NCBI RefSeq assembly: GCF_009914755.1
Contig: NC_060931.1
Source of the DNA: the human T2T-CHM13v2.0 reference genome, Homo sapiens
DNA: 64,000 nucleotides
Direction: 5' to 3' (one strand)
The notes beneath the pieces were generated by a model. The model was not told the origin of the DNA. It did no database searches and saw only the letters and a list, made by a program, of their open reading frames with translations. The translations under genes were made by a program, and so were the position numbers. Numbering within the stretch: position 1 is the first letter of the stretch; every line of letters begins with the position of its first letter. Positions 40,441-55,420 of this stretch are shown piece by piece.

Positions 40441-43400
40441 CTAAGGGGAGAAAATAGAAAACAAAAACAGGATGGTTTATGATCCTATTATTTTATGAAA
40501 ATGTAGACTAAATAAAAAAATAACATTTCAAAATGAACTTTTATTTACAATATTATTGCCAAGAAGATTATGTAAAATTAGGCAAAAATGTGTGATCCAT
40601 ATGCAGAAATGATTTATGTAATTCTATGCAGAAGTGATTTATGTAATAATTTCACAATTGATTATTTGTTACATTTACATCTAAGACTTTATTGCTATTT
40701 AATTTCTATATCTCCTTTAATGACTGGCTTTGGCCTCATGTTCAACGTATGTTGAAGATAGCACATATGAGTGTAAATGTCAAATAGTAATGGAAAATAC
40801 TGTTAAACAAGAGTTAGAAGGATGCCCTAAGTGGAGAAATGATCAGTACAGAGGCTCCTAATTATTTCAGATAATTATGAGTAAAAGGATGGTGTGAGTG
40901 TGCATGTCTAGTAAAGATAAGTGCAATACTTGACTTCAGAATTTGCTCAGGTTGTCTTGATGTGTAATTAATAACAGTTTGGACCACAAGCAACTTTCTG
41001 GCATAGCTCGTTGAATAGAAAAAAAAAAACAACAACAAAGAGAAACATTTATTTTTGGGGAATTGGTGACAAATACAATTTGTTTCTGAGACCCCAAGTG
41101 CATCGGTTCTGACCCTAATGGATGTTTCTTACTTTTAGCAAATACAGAATTTTTCCATGAGATAGAAATCATACTCAATGTGTGAGACTGCTGAAATACT
41201 GCTATCCAAGCTTTTCAAGCACGGACTGCTCCAACTGACTCTAAACAATTATCTCTGTTATTCCAAGTGTGGAGATATTTTCCCATTCTTCAACCACACA
41301 TGATTAATCACTCAAATGAGGAACTAATATATTTACCAGTCATCTCAACAGAAAAGGGCTATTGTTGACATTCACTGTTAATTTTGTTTCAAAGTGGAGA
41401 TAAAAGAAAAAGAAAACCAAACTCAAGGAAATAAAGAAGTTGTGTATTTGAGAGAATCTTGAAAACACTAATCAAGGATTAAAAGTCTAATGAATGAAAT
41501 GAAAGGCTAATGTGCTTACTCATGCATAACAAAGCATGAAGCACAAAAAGAGAGGGACCAATGCCCACTGCAGATGGCAGAGAGTTGCAGGATACAGCTA
41601 ACTGTAATTTTTTTTCTGTATAAACATTTGATACCCTAAAATTTGTCAAGTAATTGAATGAATCCATGAATGAAAATCACCCAGACATATAGATAGAGGT
41701 GTATAGAAACAATGCTTATAATAAAGGTTACAAAAATCCCCCTCTACGGTTTAATATTTAAGACGTTATTTTGTTATATATACATGGCCAACTTCCTGGT
41801 TTGCTAGGAAGTACAAATATCAAGATGGTTCACTTTTATTCGTCCAACGATAACTCTCTAATCTAGTCACAGAGTTCCTTTTTATAAATTTAATTCTATT
41901 AAGTCATAAACATATTATACTTTATAATATGAAGTTGTCTTACTGTGGTATGAGATTACAGGAAAAACACCTGAACTGGGCTATTTATGGTATATGTAGC
42001 ATGATCAATTAATTAATTTTGAAATGCACTTACTTTTACTTTATCCCTAATCTGGTACAAAATCAACTTGGAATACCTTCCAATTAAAGGCATACATTCA
42101 GCAGACTAGTTAAACAAAGCAAAGGAATATGAATCAAACACTAAGAATGAATAATCAATATTGCTTCCCATAGGGAGAGTATCATTGAATTTACTTCTGC
42201 TTGAATTGTTTCTGCTAAGTTGGGGAGACTGAGACTTTTAAAAATAGATTGTGTAGTACAATTTTTTTTACAGGTGTATATTTTTGTAATGACAAATTTC
42301 TTCCTTTACAAAGCAACATAAACAGAATAGAGAAAGGGAGAGAGGCAAGAAGACAGGAGGGAGAAGAGAGGGGAGAGACAGCAAAAGACCATTTAAGTAG
42401 ACTAGACTATAATTGGGTAAACTCCTAGAAACACAGGACTACATAGCCAAAGATAGAACTAATATTAGCTTATTTATCTTCAAGATACTTGGGCAATGGA
42501 TCATTTAGTTAAGAGGGGAAAAAATAAAACTTAGTGTCAAACACTAGCAGGTCTTTTCCTTGTGTTGAATAGGTTCCACCATAAAAAGAGAACTGGCATT
42601 GCCAACTACAGGATTGATAAGGAACAATGACAGCAGGTGTTCATTTGGATGAGAATTCAGATCCAATTCACATGGGACCCTGTCCCTTTGGCATAACCCC
42701 AAAGGGCTTGATAGAGTACTGCCAAAATCTGCAACACTATCCAGCAGCCATTTTTCAAGAGACACCAAAGGTTCTCTAAAGACAGCCAAATAAGAAAAAG
42801 CTAAAATGCCATTTTAAAATAAATTTTACCATTTCTGTCTGAATGCATTACAGTTTTTAGACAACAGAAATAAATCAGCATTACTTCCGCTTCCTAGAAG
42901 GCACAAACTCTGAATTCAGACTTTCTACTTCCAAGCCTTGTGACTTCAAACAAATTATTTATTCATTGAGAACCACAACTTCCTTATCTTTAAAAGAGGA
43001 TACTGACATCCCTTCAAAGTACCTTGGTGGAGATTTAATATCATTCTCTATAGCAATTGGAACAGTATTCTATATAGCTCATATTTTCATACATCTTATA
43101 TACAAACCAGTATTTTCTTAAAGTTAAATGAGAATGCTAAATATGGTTAAATGACATATTTTTGAAATATATTTTTAAAGACTTACATTGCTTTTTATTA
43201 TTTCCTTAACCTATATAGCTTTATTTTTAATTAATTAAAAAAATCTAAGAAATGAAAATAAGTCAATCTTATTAAAGCAAAACAAATTTAAACCTCATTG
43301 TGTTATTCAAACAGTAAAAATGTAATTAGCAACTTTTCTTGCTACGTGTACATATATAAGTATATGCAAATATATGTATATAGAATAATCAGCTTATTAG

Positions 43401-44269
43401 CCATATGTGTCTCAAATACTTGATCACTAGTATTTTTCTGAAATGTATTTTTCCTTTTTCTGTATAGGCTTATTTATGTTTTAAGTAAAATTGCCCTAAA
43501 TCTCCAAATTTGCATTTTATGATATTAATTTGAAAAGCTGAATATTTTCTATGGATCATAACATTTTCAATTGAGAGAATGTTCTATATGTATTGAGATC
43601 CCAGAGCCTATAGCAAATTCTGCTGAGGAGAATATTGTCTTTATAAAATGTAAAATAGAGGTACCCAAATATTGTCATCAATATTATCTTTTATTCTGTT
43701 TAAATAATCTTTCTCTCACAAATAGTTTCTAAAATTTGTCGAGTAAATTGTTCATTTTTGATGATTTGACCATTGCACCACATTAAATATCTTTTCAATT
43801 TTTTTCCATTTTAGAATAGAATATAAATTTAGCCAATTAGAAATGAGTGTCATCAAGAGTTATTCCAAAATCTAATTTTAGAATTAAAAGTAATCTTGCA
43901 TACTATATGGGTTTTTATTGTTGAAATAATTTAGTTCTTCCTTGTTTTTGGAGGAATGAATTCCAATCTCTCCCTGTGTGCAAACTTTTCTTTTTCTCAA
44001 AAATTGTAATTTACTAAAAAGTTTCAAAAGCTGGTTTTCGGTGCTGTATTTGTTGAATATTTTGTTAAAGATTTCCAGTAATATTTTTGGAGTGTTACTG
44101 CAAACAAGAAAATTGCCAATTTTAAGTGTATACTTCAAAAAGTTTTGTCAAAGGTATACAATAACAACAATCTTTTCCTATGCTTTTGTTCATTCATATT
44201 TCTTCTTATGTGGACTACATATTGAAGTCTGTGTCCATTTATCTCTGTATATTAAATTGACTGGGTTCA

Positions 44270-44475
44270 AGACCCAGCTCTAAATTTTACTGAATATTTT
44301 ACTTTGAAAAGTTTGCTTAGATTTTCATTATTGTCATTTTCCTATATTAAAATAAGAATAATTTTAATAATACCTGCCTTGCTTTGAAGATCTGGTGTTC
44401 TAATACCTGGAAGATAACTAGAATTGTGCCTGGTGTATAGAAAGCAAGAAAATAAATGTTAGCTATTACTATTAC
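44270..44475 (+). mobile_element. MIR
   Basis: gggttcaagacccagctct...taataatacctgcc...gtgcctggtgtatagaaagc..aaatgttagctattact. Confidence 0.75.
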
Positions 44476-45321
44476 TGAAAAATATTCATGATTTTGAGAT
44501 TCATAATACCTTCTCCTTTGGTTTATTGAGATGGTTAATTAAATAAATTGCATAATCTTTAAGATGAAGTATATGAGGAAATTTTTGCTTTGGTATTCAG
44601 AATTTTTTGGGTTATGCATTCATATATGATAAATTATCTAACAAACTCAAAAGGGTGAGGAATATCACACTATACTTAAACTTCACATAAATATTTCTGC
44701 ACTAGTACATATGAATATTAACTCAAGGAAAGATAAATTAACAATGTGAGATAGAGCTAACTGTAATTACAGTTATACTAGAAACACTACACTTTGTAAT
44801 ACCACAAAGAGCAGCTTAGTTCAGGTTATAGTTCTCACTAAGAAACTATAAAAATCTGGGTTTTCAAAGCTTTGTTAGATTGAGCTTTTAGGTAAGAGAT
44901 TGTGGTTCTGTATTTCCCATCTGGAATAAAACAATGTTTGCTCTCCTGATAGTGTTTACCTGAATGTACTATGCTCTCCTGACAATCATTACCTGAATAT
45001 ACTATGTATATAAGGCACTTTTTTCACCTGTTAATATTTTTAAAGAAAATTACAATAATAGCCACAAGTGGGATTATTTCCCAGGCAGACTGTATCAGAT
45101 ATTGATATCTGTAGTGCTGGGTTGATAAATAGAGCCAGAAGGTTTTCTTCTTTATGCTGCAGAATAGTTAATAATGCATGGGAATTATTTGTTCTTTAAT
45201 CATCTGTGAAATGTTGGCCTGGCATTTTTTTTTTTGGAGAAGTTAACGTTTTGGTTTTCTTAATTTCTCTGCTATATTAGTTTTTCTATCTCTTCATAAA
45301 TTATGTTTTTTATTACATCAT

Positions 45322-46229
45322 CTGTAGTGGGCTCAATGGTGCCCCCCAAAAAGATATCAGATCCTAATAACTGGAACCTGGTAACTTTTTTTACAGAAGT
45401 GACCAAGTTGATGATTGATATCGATTGGAACCAGTGACCCCTCTCTACATTGCACTTTCTTTTTGCGGGAATAGGAATGTGTACAACTGTGATACTATGC
45501 TTTTTTGCCACTGTATTTTGAAAGCACATAACTTGTTTTCTACTTTAACATGTCCACAAATGGAGAGATATTTTACCTGAAGATGGATGATACTAAGTGT
45601 CATCTGTATCTGATTTAGGTTATTTACATGATGAGCTTTGAGACTTGGAGCTGAAGATATTTAGATCAGATTTTCTACTTAAGTTGATGACGTAAAGGAC
45701 TGAGCCATTTGGGGATATCAAGAAGAGGTAAATGTATTTTGCACACAGACATGAATCTTTGGGGGCCAGAGGACAGTTAGCAGTGGGATGACTGTGATCC
45801 CTAAACATATCAGGTCCTAATCTCTAGAACCTTGAAATGTTACCTTTGATGGTAAAGGTTTTTGAAAATATGATTAATAATTTGGTGATGAGAAGATTAT
45901 CCAGGTGGGACGTAATTCCCTTCACAATTTCCTTATGAGAGAGAGACAGAGATTAGACAGGAGGAGACGATGCGACTACAAAGGCAGACATTGGAGTGGT
46001 GCAGCCACAACTTAAAGAATGCTGAAAGCCACCAGAAGCCAAGAGCCACAAGAAATGTTTTCTTCTCCATCACCTCTGGAGGGAGCATAAACCTAGGAGC
46101 ACCTCGATTTTAGTCCAAGGATATTAAATTTGGATTTATCATCTCTTGAACTGTGAGACAATACATTTCTGTTGTTATAAGTCAACAGGTTTGTGGTAAT
46201 TTGTTACAGCAGGCATGGGAAACTTATAC
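45322..46229 (+). mobile_element. Internally deleted MLT1 (MLT1D-like) MaLR: partial 5' LTR, end of internal region, 3' LTR
   Basis: An LTR start at 45322 is repeated at about 45781; purine tract gggggccagagg precedes the second LTR, which ends ggtaatttgttacagcag...aaacttatac. Confidence 0.7.
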
Positions 46230-46524
46230 TTCATCTGTTCATGTAGGGTTTTTTTTTTTTTGAGAAAAACATTATTCTATAATATTTTAATTCTTTCTTG
46301 AATCCATGGTTATTTTGATCCTCTTAATTTGAATTTGCATTATTTTTGTATTTAACACACAGTTTAGAATCTATAACTTAGCAAAAAGGCATAAGAGCAC
46401 ATTAGAATAGGCATAGCAAAGCCTATATATATGTCAACTCCACAAAGTTGACACACAACAACCAAACAGTAAAACTCTAGAGGTAAAAATTGTTGTTTTG
46501 AAAAGAAGGATTTATTTTAACGCG

Positions 46525-46931
46525 ACAATATAGTGTAGATGTTTTCCCCTCTGAACATCATGTTGAATTGTGGTACCCAGTGTTGGAGGTGGGGCCTCGT
46601 GGGAGGAAATTAGATCATGGGGGCAGATTTCTTATGAGTGCTTCAGCACCGTCTCCTTGGTGTTGCCACAATGGGTGAGTTCTCATGAGATCTGGCTTCC
46701 TAAAGTGTGTGGCATCTCCCCCCACCTCTTGCTCCTGCTATTGCCATGTGAGGCACCTGTTGCCCCTTTGCTTTCCGCCATGATTGTAAGCTTCCTCAGG
46801 CTTCAACAGAAGCTTAAGCTGGTGCTATGCTTGCTGTACAGTATGCAGAACCTTGAGCCAATTAAATCTCTTTTCTTAGAAATTACCCAGCCTCAGGTGT
46901 TTCTTTACAGCAAGCAAGAATGGCCTAACAC
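46525..46931 (+). mobile_element. MST (MSTB-like) solo LTR
   Basis: cccagtgttggaggtggggcct...gagccaattaaatctc...aagaatggcctaacac. Confidence 0.85.
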
Positions 46932-46999
46932 ACCCCAGATAGCACTGCTGAGTATCTATTTAAGATTGTATGTGCGGTCTTTAGAAATATAACACATCA

Positions 47000-47303
47000 A
47001 GAATTAGACAATAAAAGTTACATGTATCATAAAGAAAAAGAAAGGCTATCATTATTTATACATGATATAATGTTATATACAGCAAATTCAAAGAAATAAA
47101 CTGAAATCCACATAAATTGGGAGAAGAGTTTAAAGTTTCCCAGATATAGGAGTAGTATATAACAATTAGTGGAATTGACAACATTAAAACAAAGTAACAG
47201 AAAATAATACCATTTACAATGGCAAAAGTAATTATAAATATATAGGTAAAAAGTCTGTTAATCTGAGTCCTATGGGGAAAAATGATAATTACTGAAAGAC
47301 ACA

Positions 47304-47345
<42 letters not shown>

Positions 47346-47400
47346 AGTGGAGATACACACTATCCTGAGTTACAAAGATTTAGGGAGTTGATGTTACAGT
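47000..47400 (+). mobile_element. Old L1 ORF2 fragment with (CA)n at 47299-47342
   Basis: aaaataataccatttacaatggcaaaa, a degenerate L1 ORF2 motif. Confidence 0.55.
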
Positions 47401-47504
47401 GTCTGAGGAATGATACAAGCTCTTCTAAATGCGAGCACAGGTAGCAGCACCTGGACTTTACTCTGCTAGATTGCATTTTTTGTCTTTTAGAACTAATGCT
47501 CATG

Positions 47505-47506
<2 letters not shown>

Positions 47507-47539
<33 letters not shown>
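47507..47539. repeat. (GT)n microsatellite
   Basis: About 16 GT units, read directly. Confidence 0.95.
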
Positions 47540-47540
<1 letters not shown>

Positions 47541-47820
47541 TTCGACAGGAACTCAGATGCATTATGTTGCACATCTGCAATTTTGCCTGCTGTGAATACT
47601 TCAGATGGAACCCATTGTAGATTTCTGTTACTTAGTTTTGGATTACACTGCTGGAACAACCAGGGCATTTTTCTAGAATGAAATAACTTAGAGACTTGGA
47701 GAAATACATGATTGAGAGCAAGTTAATGGGATTTAGAATAAAGCAAATCCCTAGAGTAGGATATAGGATTTGCTGAATGGTACATGAAAATTCAAAAGCA
47801 GATTTTAAATAGGGACACCT

Positions 47821-48105
<285 letters not shown>

Positions 48106-48499
48106 AAATAGGGACACCTTTGTATGAAGGTGGCTGCACCCGTGAGCAGGTTCCAAGTGAATTATTTAATTTCTTGGGTATTTGATATTAGGTGATGGCA
48201 AAATTTATAATTAGAATCCAGTTCAAGTTATTAATCTCAAACTTTACAATCCACTTCATTCTTTTTTTTAAAAAATAATTATTCCATAAAGTTGGACATG
48301 GTCATATCACTCTTGTGATTATGTTGCAGAGGGCAGTGATACCTGGGTTATCTGTGAGATAAGGCCTGCCTTACTTCAGCATTTTCCCATTGTCCCTCCC
48401 ATTCAGGAAGGGCCCCTTGGGAAAGTAGTAGCTATACACTGGGAGAAGGGGCAGCATCATTGTTCCATCAAAAACAGATGGTGGCCTCTAATCTGAAGA

Positions 48500-48921
48500 A
48501 GTGCCCTATTGTAATTGGAGGAAAGTTTACTCTTTTTAAATGACTACCAAAAAGTCTGTGCGAAACCACATAGGATCATGCAGAATACTGGGGTAGGTAA
48601 AACACTCGTATGTCCAAAGGGACAATGTGAGGAGCTAGTTACCAGACCCAGAGGGAAAGAGTTATATAGAGAAAATGGCCTTGGGAGGAAAAGACATCCA
48701 GCCCCAGGTGACATTTTCACCAAGGTATCCAGGAACGTAAGAACCTGAACCCTGCTTTATATCCTCTCATCTACTGTGGGGATCTCAACTGGCCAACTCC
48801 ACCAGAAGAAAGAGGGCAAGGGAACTTTGCTGTCTTCTATACAGGACATTTCTCAGGCAGACAGCAGAACGAACAAGGGCAGAGAGAATATCTAGAGAGG
48901 CAAACAGAAGCACCCAGAACA
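48500..48921 (-). mobile_element. Old ERVL LTR (LTR33/LTR41-like)
   Basis: Minus strand starts tgttctgggtgcttctgtttgcctctctagatattctctctgccctt, resembling LTR33/41 5' ends. The left boundary is uncertain. Confidence 0.55.
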
Positions 48922-49784
48922 CAGGGACCACAGTCCTTGAGATTCAATGCTTATGGTAGAATGGAGAGCTGTGTGTGCACAGAAGTCTAAAAAGCACCAG
49001 TACCAAATCTATGGTAAAGTATTGACAATTATTAATTAAGGTGACCACCGGAGTATCAGTATAAATTGTTTTATATTTTCCACTATACATTATGCATTAA
49101 ACATTTACATTTAAACTTCAACAATTTAGATTAAAAATATTTCATTAAATCTATAGATTTAATTTAACTGAAGTAAAAGATTAATCTTTTGTCTTATTAA
49201 AATTGATACGTAGCATCACCTTTAACCTTTTCATAATGGCAAGAGTCATCTTGTTAAGTAACACATGCCACGTACCGTGGTGGGCAGAGTGTGTAGGGCT
49301 ATTCACTTTCCATGAAATGACTCCAGACTGCCGAGTGGTAGTTGTGCCTTGTAATCGTTTCTGGATTTTTAACTTATTTCCTCTTCCACCACATTAGACT
49401 GTTAACATTCTAATATGTTAAATTCTAACATGCTGCAAACAACACGCCTGTCCCTAGCAGTTTCCTCCGGTTTGCTTGATTTTAATTTTCATGTGTTGAA
49501 AAGAAATGAAACCTTAGAATTTTAAATTTAGAATTGACCTTAAATAATGCTCATAGGTTAGACTAGTAAAGTGGTTTTAAAAAAGCCAAGATGAATCTAG
49601 AATAGGACCAATAAGCATAAAAGGAGCTGGATTAAATCTCTGTGGACTTCTACCATAAGTGAATGTTAGTAATTTTCTATGTGAACTTTAAGTTAATCAT
49701 TGTAACTATTTCTAAATATTTAATTATGCCTACTGCCTAGATTTCCATTTTACTCCAAAAAGTCAAAGTTCTTAAGAAAATTCC

Positions 49785-50103
49785 TTTTTTTTTTTTTTTT
49801 TTTGGAGACAGAATCTCTCCCTGTCACCAAGGCTGGAGTGCAGTGGTGACATTGGCGCAATAGCTCACTGCAGCCTTGAACTCCTAGGCTCAAGTGATCC
49901 TCTTGCCTTGACCCCTCGAGTAAGCTGGGATTACAGGCATTAGCTATCATGCCTGACTAACTTTTTTTTTTTTTTCTTTAGAGATGAGAGATGAGGTCAA
50001 GCTATGTTGTCCAGGCTACTCTCCAACTCCTGGCCTCAAGTGATTCTCCTACTTCAGCCTCCAAAAGTGTTGAAATTAACAGGTGTGAGGCAATGTGCCT
50101 GGC
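49785..50103 (-). mobile_element. AluJ
   Basis: tagctcactgcagccttgaactcctaggctcaagtgatcctc, AluJ-type diagnostics. Confidence 0.9.
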
Positions 50104-50728
50104 AAAAATGACCTTTGACAAATCAATTATTATTGGAAATAAAATATATTTCTCATCTGCTGTAAATAAAAACTTATGAACATTGTAATGGAATATGACA
50201 GGATTGAAAGCAAATGTACAAATGATTACTATGAGTCTCAATTCCAAAACAGAAACCCATGACTACAGCTAGGGAACCAGATGAAGAGATTTTAATTAAG
50301 TTTTAATAATCTTACTGAGAATTTCTCTAGGTTACAAATATTTCATACAGAAGAGTTCATGAAATTGGGCAGACTAATTCAAAATATGAAAAAAATTGAC
50401 CTCAGAGAATCTAGAGACAACTTCCAAGAAGAGAATATAAATTATAAATCCCACTCTTGCTCTTTCCTGCGTACAATATGTAGCATTAGCAATGCCAGAA
50501 AACGTCTGTAATGGTCTTTTCACATAATTAACTGTAAGCTTCAGAAACAAACTTGTAGAAAGAATAAACTTACTATACACTTACTATAACCACAGATATA
50601 TCATTTCTGTGATTAAAATGCTCCCTTAAATACAAAGTTTCTTCTACCAAGCAAATTCCAGACTCATTTTTAATGGATTAAAGAGATGGAATTTCTCTCA
50701 AGGCGTTTATTTTAAATCTCTAGATTTA

Positions 50729-51110
<382 letters not shown>

Positions 51111-53306
51111 TTAGGTCTAGAAATCTAAAATGAAGAAAATTGTAAAGAGCATACAATCAGCAACTGAATTAAAAGTGTAATCCAACATGTCACTGAAGAA
51201 ACAAATCATCTGTGTCTTAACATAGAATTAATCTACTTCCCTAAGTGTCACCTGACAAGAAAATACTTAACAAAAATCTTTACTAAGATGATCATAGGCC
51301 TAGAATATTTCACAAACTCTGCCTGTATCTATTGAATAATGTAGGGTTCCAGTGTGTTTTGGTCTCCCTCTAATAGAATCCTTATTTCATAGTTTCCATT
51401 CCTCTTTCCCAATTAGAAAACAATGACAGGTATATAAACTTATATAGCTAAGATATTTACTATAATCATTTGATTGAGATTTTGAATTGGGAAATCAAGT
51501 CAATGTAATATATTTAAAACTGTTCATTTCACAGTAAATTAGATATTTAACTCTGTTTTAGTTTCTGGAAACCCTAAGTGTTTTTGCTGATATATATTAT
51601 TTTCAATAATCAAGATATCTTTCTCAGTTAAGGCACAAAGGTTGTATCCATCAATTACATTTATATGTCTCAGGTTGATTGGTCATTACAGTATTCATTC
51701 AATCTGATAAAAGCTGCAAATGTGTTCAGTGATTTGATATAATTTCCGAAAATCTGCAAAGAAAGACTTATCATCTTTGAATACCCAAGGGTTTGAAATG
51801 TGACAGCATAATACTTAATTTTGCAAAATAAATCCAAGTCAAAACCTCATGTGCGTTTGCAATCATTAAACTGAAGTGGGGAATGACCAAAGCGGTATGA
51901 GTGGTCACCAGTAACTTGGGATGAGATGGGAGAGTAAGAGGTAGGGATACAGGCAGCAGTGGAGCCTGAAGTGGACACAAAGGAGGAGGGGAAATGAGAT
52001 AGAAGAAAAATCATGTTTACTATCTACAAGTAGGAATGAGAATAGATCTCAAAGGCGCGGGAGGATATAAGCCTGCAATTGAGGCTAAGGGGTCCCTTGA
52101 GAATTATACTGGGACAGAGAGAAGGGAGCTGGATAGTGTGGTGGAACCAGAACTAGAAATAATATAACTTTCACGGCAAAAGTCTGAAAGTAAGGTTCTC
52201 TATAACATTCATTAACTCAAGAACGCCAACAGTATCGATGCTGCACCAAGAACAGAGTGCAAAGTACAATTATATAGTTTTTAATCCCATTTAATTTCCT
52301 TAGTGAGTCAATGAGGTAAATATTGTTCTAGAGAAAAAGCTGAAACTTAATTGGTTTACATAACTCAGCAAAAATCAAGTTAAGGTAGCCAAAACTTAAA
52401 CCAGAATATATGTAACTATATGTAAATAGCACATAGTTACATAGTCTACTATCTCAAAAGGCTTTAGCTTATGAATTCCAAAGAGAATCAAGCTTTATTA
52501 TAAGAATAATTTCCAAAATATAATTATTTTCTTTATACCTGAAAGACAATTATCTTAATAATTTGGTTAATTTCAATTAGATATCTCAAAGTGACAGCAT
52601 AGTTTATTTATTTGCATCTCATTTCATCTAGGCAGCCACGTGCCCAGCTAATAAACAAATACATTCTGATTTTCCTGGGTACCTTTGTAACTAGAAATGG
52701 TTATCTAGACAGAGGTCCATTCCACCCTTCATCACCACCACCTTACTCACAGAAATGTGGATTTAATTCCTGAAAGTTGAAAAGGGGGACAAAAAGGAGT
52801 CCAGTCCTTTAAAACAACTTGAAGCTGTCCTACTGGCTTTGAACTAACTTCTTCCAGTTGTCCTGGGAAAAGAAGCCTATGACTTAGAACTTTGTTATTG
52901 TTCCATAAAGCCAATTACGATCCTAATTGAAACAAAGGTAATCATTTATTCAGCGCTTCATTCCTGTGAGAACATAAAATTAGGGAGTCAGTGAATTCTG
53001 TAATGGCGATTTCTACAAAATATTTCACTCAATTATTTTTCTTTAGAGACAAAATGACAAAACTTTGTATTTATATAGAGCTGTGTGATTTCCAAAGGAT
53101 TTTCTGGTAAATTATTCATTTTGACCTGATTAATTGTGGTAATTTTTTTTTTTTAATGCAGAAACAGGAGAGATGCTAATGTTTGCCCTTTAGAAAGAAT
53201 AGATCTGAGTTTAAGGGGCTTTCTAGAGATTATGCAGCTCCCTAGAAGTGAGAATGAGTTTAGTCTTTAAACTCTCAATCCATGACTCATGGTGCTACTT
53301 CCATAT

Positions 53307-53671
53307 TGATATGGTTTGGCTGTGTCCCCACCCAAATCTCATCCTGAATTTTAGTTCCCATAATTCCCATGTGTTATGAGAGGGAGCAGATGGGAGATAA
53401 TTTAATCATGGGGGCTTTTTCCCCTATATTGTCCTCATGTAGTGAATAAATCTCATGAGATCTGATGGTTTTTTAAGGGGAAACTCCTTTCACTTGGCTC
53501 TCATATTCTCTCTCTTGTCTGCTGCCATGTAAGATGTGCCTTTTACCTTCTGTCATGATTGTGAGATCTTCCCAGGCACATGGAACTGTGAATCCATTAA
53601 ATCTCTTTTTCTTTATAAATTACCCAGTCTCAGGTATGTCTTTATTTGCAGCATGGAAATGGACTAATACC
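53307..53671 (+). mobile_element. THE1 (THE1B/C-like) solo LTR
   Basis: tgatatggtttggctgtgtccccacccaaatctc...ggactaatac. TSD catat / catct. Confidence 0.92.
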
Positions 53672-55420
53672 CATCTTGTCAAGCAATATGGATTACTGGA
53701 TAATTCACTTGATGTTAATTTTCATGAAGAACCACTTCTGCTTTTCTCTAAGGTATTTCATCATTTATTGTTGCTAATGCCATTAGCATCCAATATTTCC
53801 TAAAAGAACACATATTATTCAGAAATTTAGAGGCTGCTTGTGTCCATAATTCTATTCTTAACATAATGGTAGGTTTTATTTAATTAACGATTTAGTTCCT
53901 GGAGGATGTTAAAAAACAAAATATCGTTGATTGATTCTTTTTAAATGATAAATAACATTTGTCCTCATTCTTTGTTCTCAAGAATAATATTATTTTAACT
54001 GTCCTTTATTGTAATCATAGTAATTAAAGAGAATCAAATCAGTAAATTAATAGCTTAAAACCATGAGAGACTCATAATTTATCTAACTTGTTAGAAAAAT
54101 TGAGTCCAACATCCCTCAGCAAAAATATCTCATACCTCAGTGCTACAAAGAACATTGTAAAAAGTGACTGCAGAACTCCCATAACACTAAACTAGTATTT
54201 GAAAGAGAATATAGGCCTATTACATTATCCTTATAAATGATTAATTTTTAATTCATAAAAGTTTACAGAGATAAAAGTGTTTTGTTTATAATGTAATATA
54301 AAAATTAAAATCTATTGTGTATCTAGAAAAAAATTCTAGACATAAAACCTATAAGGGGAAATTGCTCCTGTTAATCTTTGCTTTTATTACCCCAAAACAG
54401 GGCTATAACTAGTCTATTGAGGACTTTCCTATGGGCAGTAGAGAAAGGAACAATAATGTGAACAGGTTTTATGTACTGCAGAAGGATCAAATCTTGTTGA
54501 GGGAGTGAGGAGGTAGCTATTGTCTAGGGTGGGGGGTGATGGCTGGAGTTGAAAGCCCTGAGGGAAAATTTAAAAATACCAATAAAAGAACATATATAAG
54601 ATATTGCATTGGTGGCACTTAAAATATTTGCTCATGTTTTTCCAACCTAAAAACAAAGGTCTAGTCTTCATGCAAGGAAAATTATCCATATTTTGGATTG
54701 TTTGAAGAAAAGAAAATACAATTGACACATTTGTTAGTGAGGTACAGCTTACAGGGATTCACAGAATTAATGGGTATTAGATGTAATACTTTAATCTCTG
54801 TTTTCTGCAAATCATGAACCCCCGCCATGATGGGTTTCTACAGTTCTAGACCTGATGTATTTCTAGGTCTGACCTTTATGCCACCATAAAGTAATTTAAC
54901 AAACACCTCTAAAAATAAAAGACATGGTTCACCTCAAAAATAATAAGGGCCAAGAAATTTAAATCCTTTTGATAGCTTACATTCAATAGCAATAACAACT
55001 CAATACAATTACACATTTAAAGTACATGACAAAAAAGGGTTAAACTTTAATGGATTGAAAGAAATATTTTAATTATACTGTTTGTAGGCTGTCATAAATA
55101 GTAATAGCCATAGTCAAATTTTGCAAACATGGAACTATCCCTGTATGCTTACATAGACATAACCATTTTTCAATACATCTACTTTGAATGCTTAATCTAT
55201 GCAAACTTTCAGAGGCATATTTGCCTAGTGTTAGTATTTCTGATAAAATAGTTTTATGTTAGTTTCCAGCAAAATGGTTCTCTAATTAGGCAAGTATATG
55301 TGGTCAATTATGTTTATTTGAATAAACTATGGATTGAAAATGGAGTTTTATGTTCTACTCTGCTATTTGAAGACTAAAAGGAAGAGATGGTGATGCTTGA
55401 TGAAACAATGGATGCTAATA

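Noticed and set aside
52409-52443. Inverted repeat tatgtaactat...atagttacata as a possible miRNA hairpin
   Set aside because: The stem is short and AT-rich, lies in a MIR-like relic, and is too small for a pre-miRNA.
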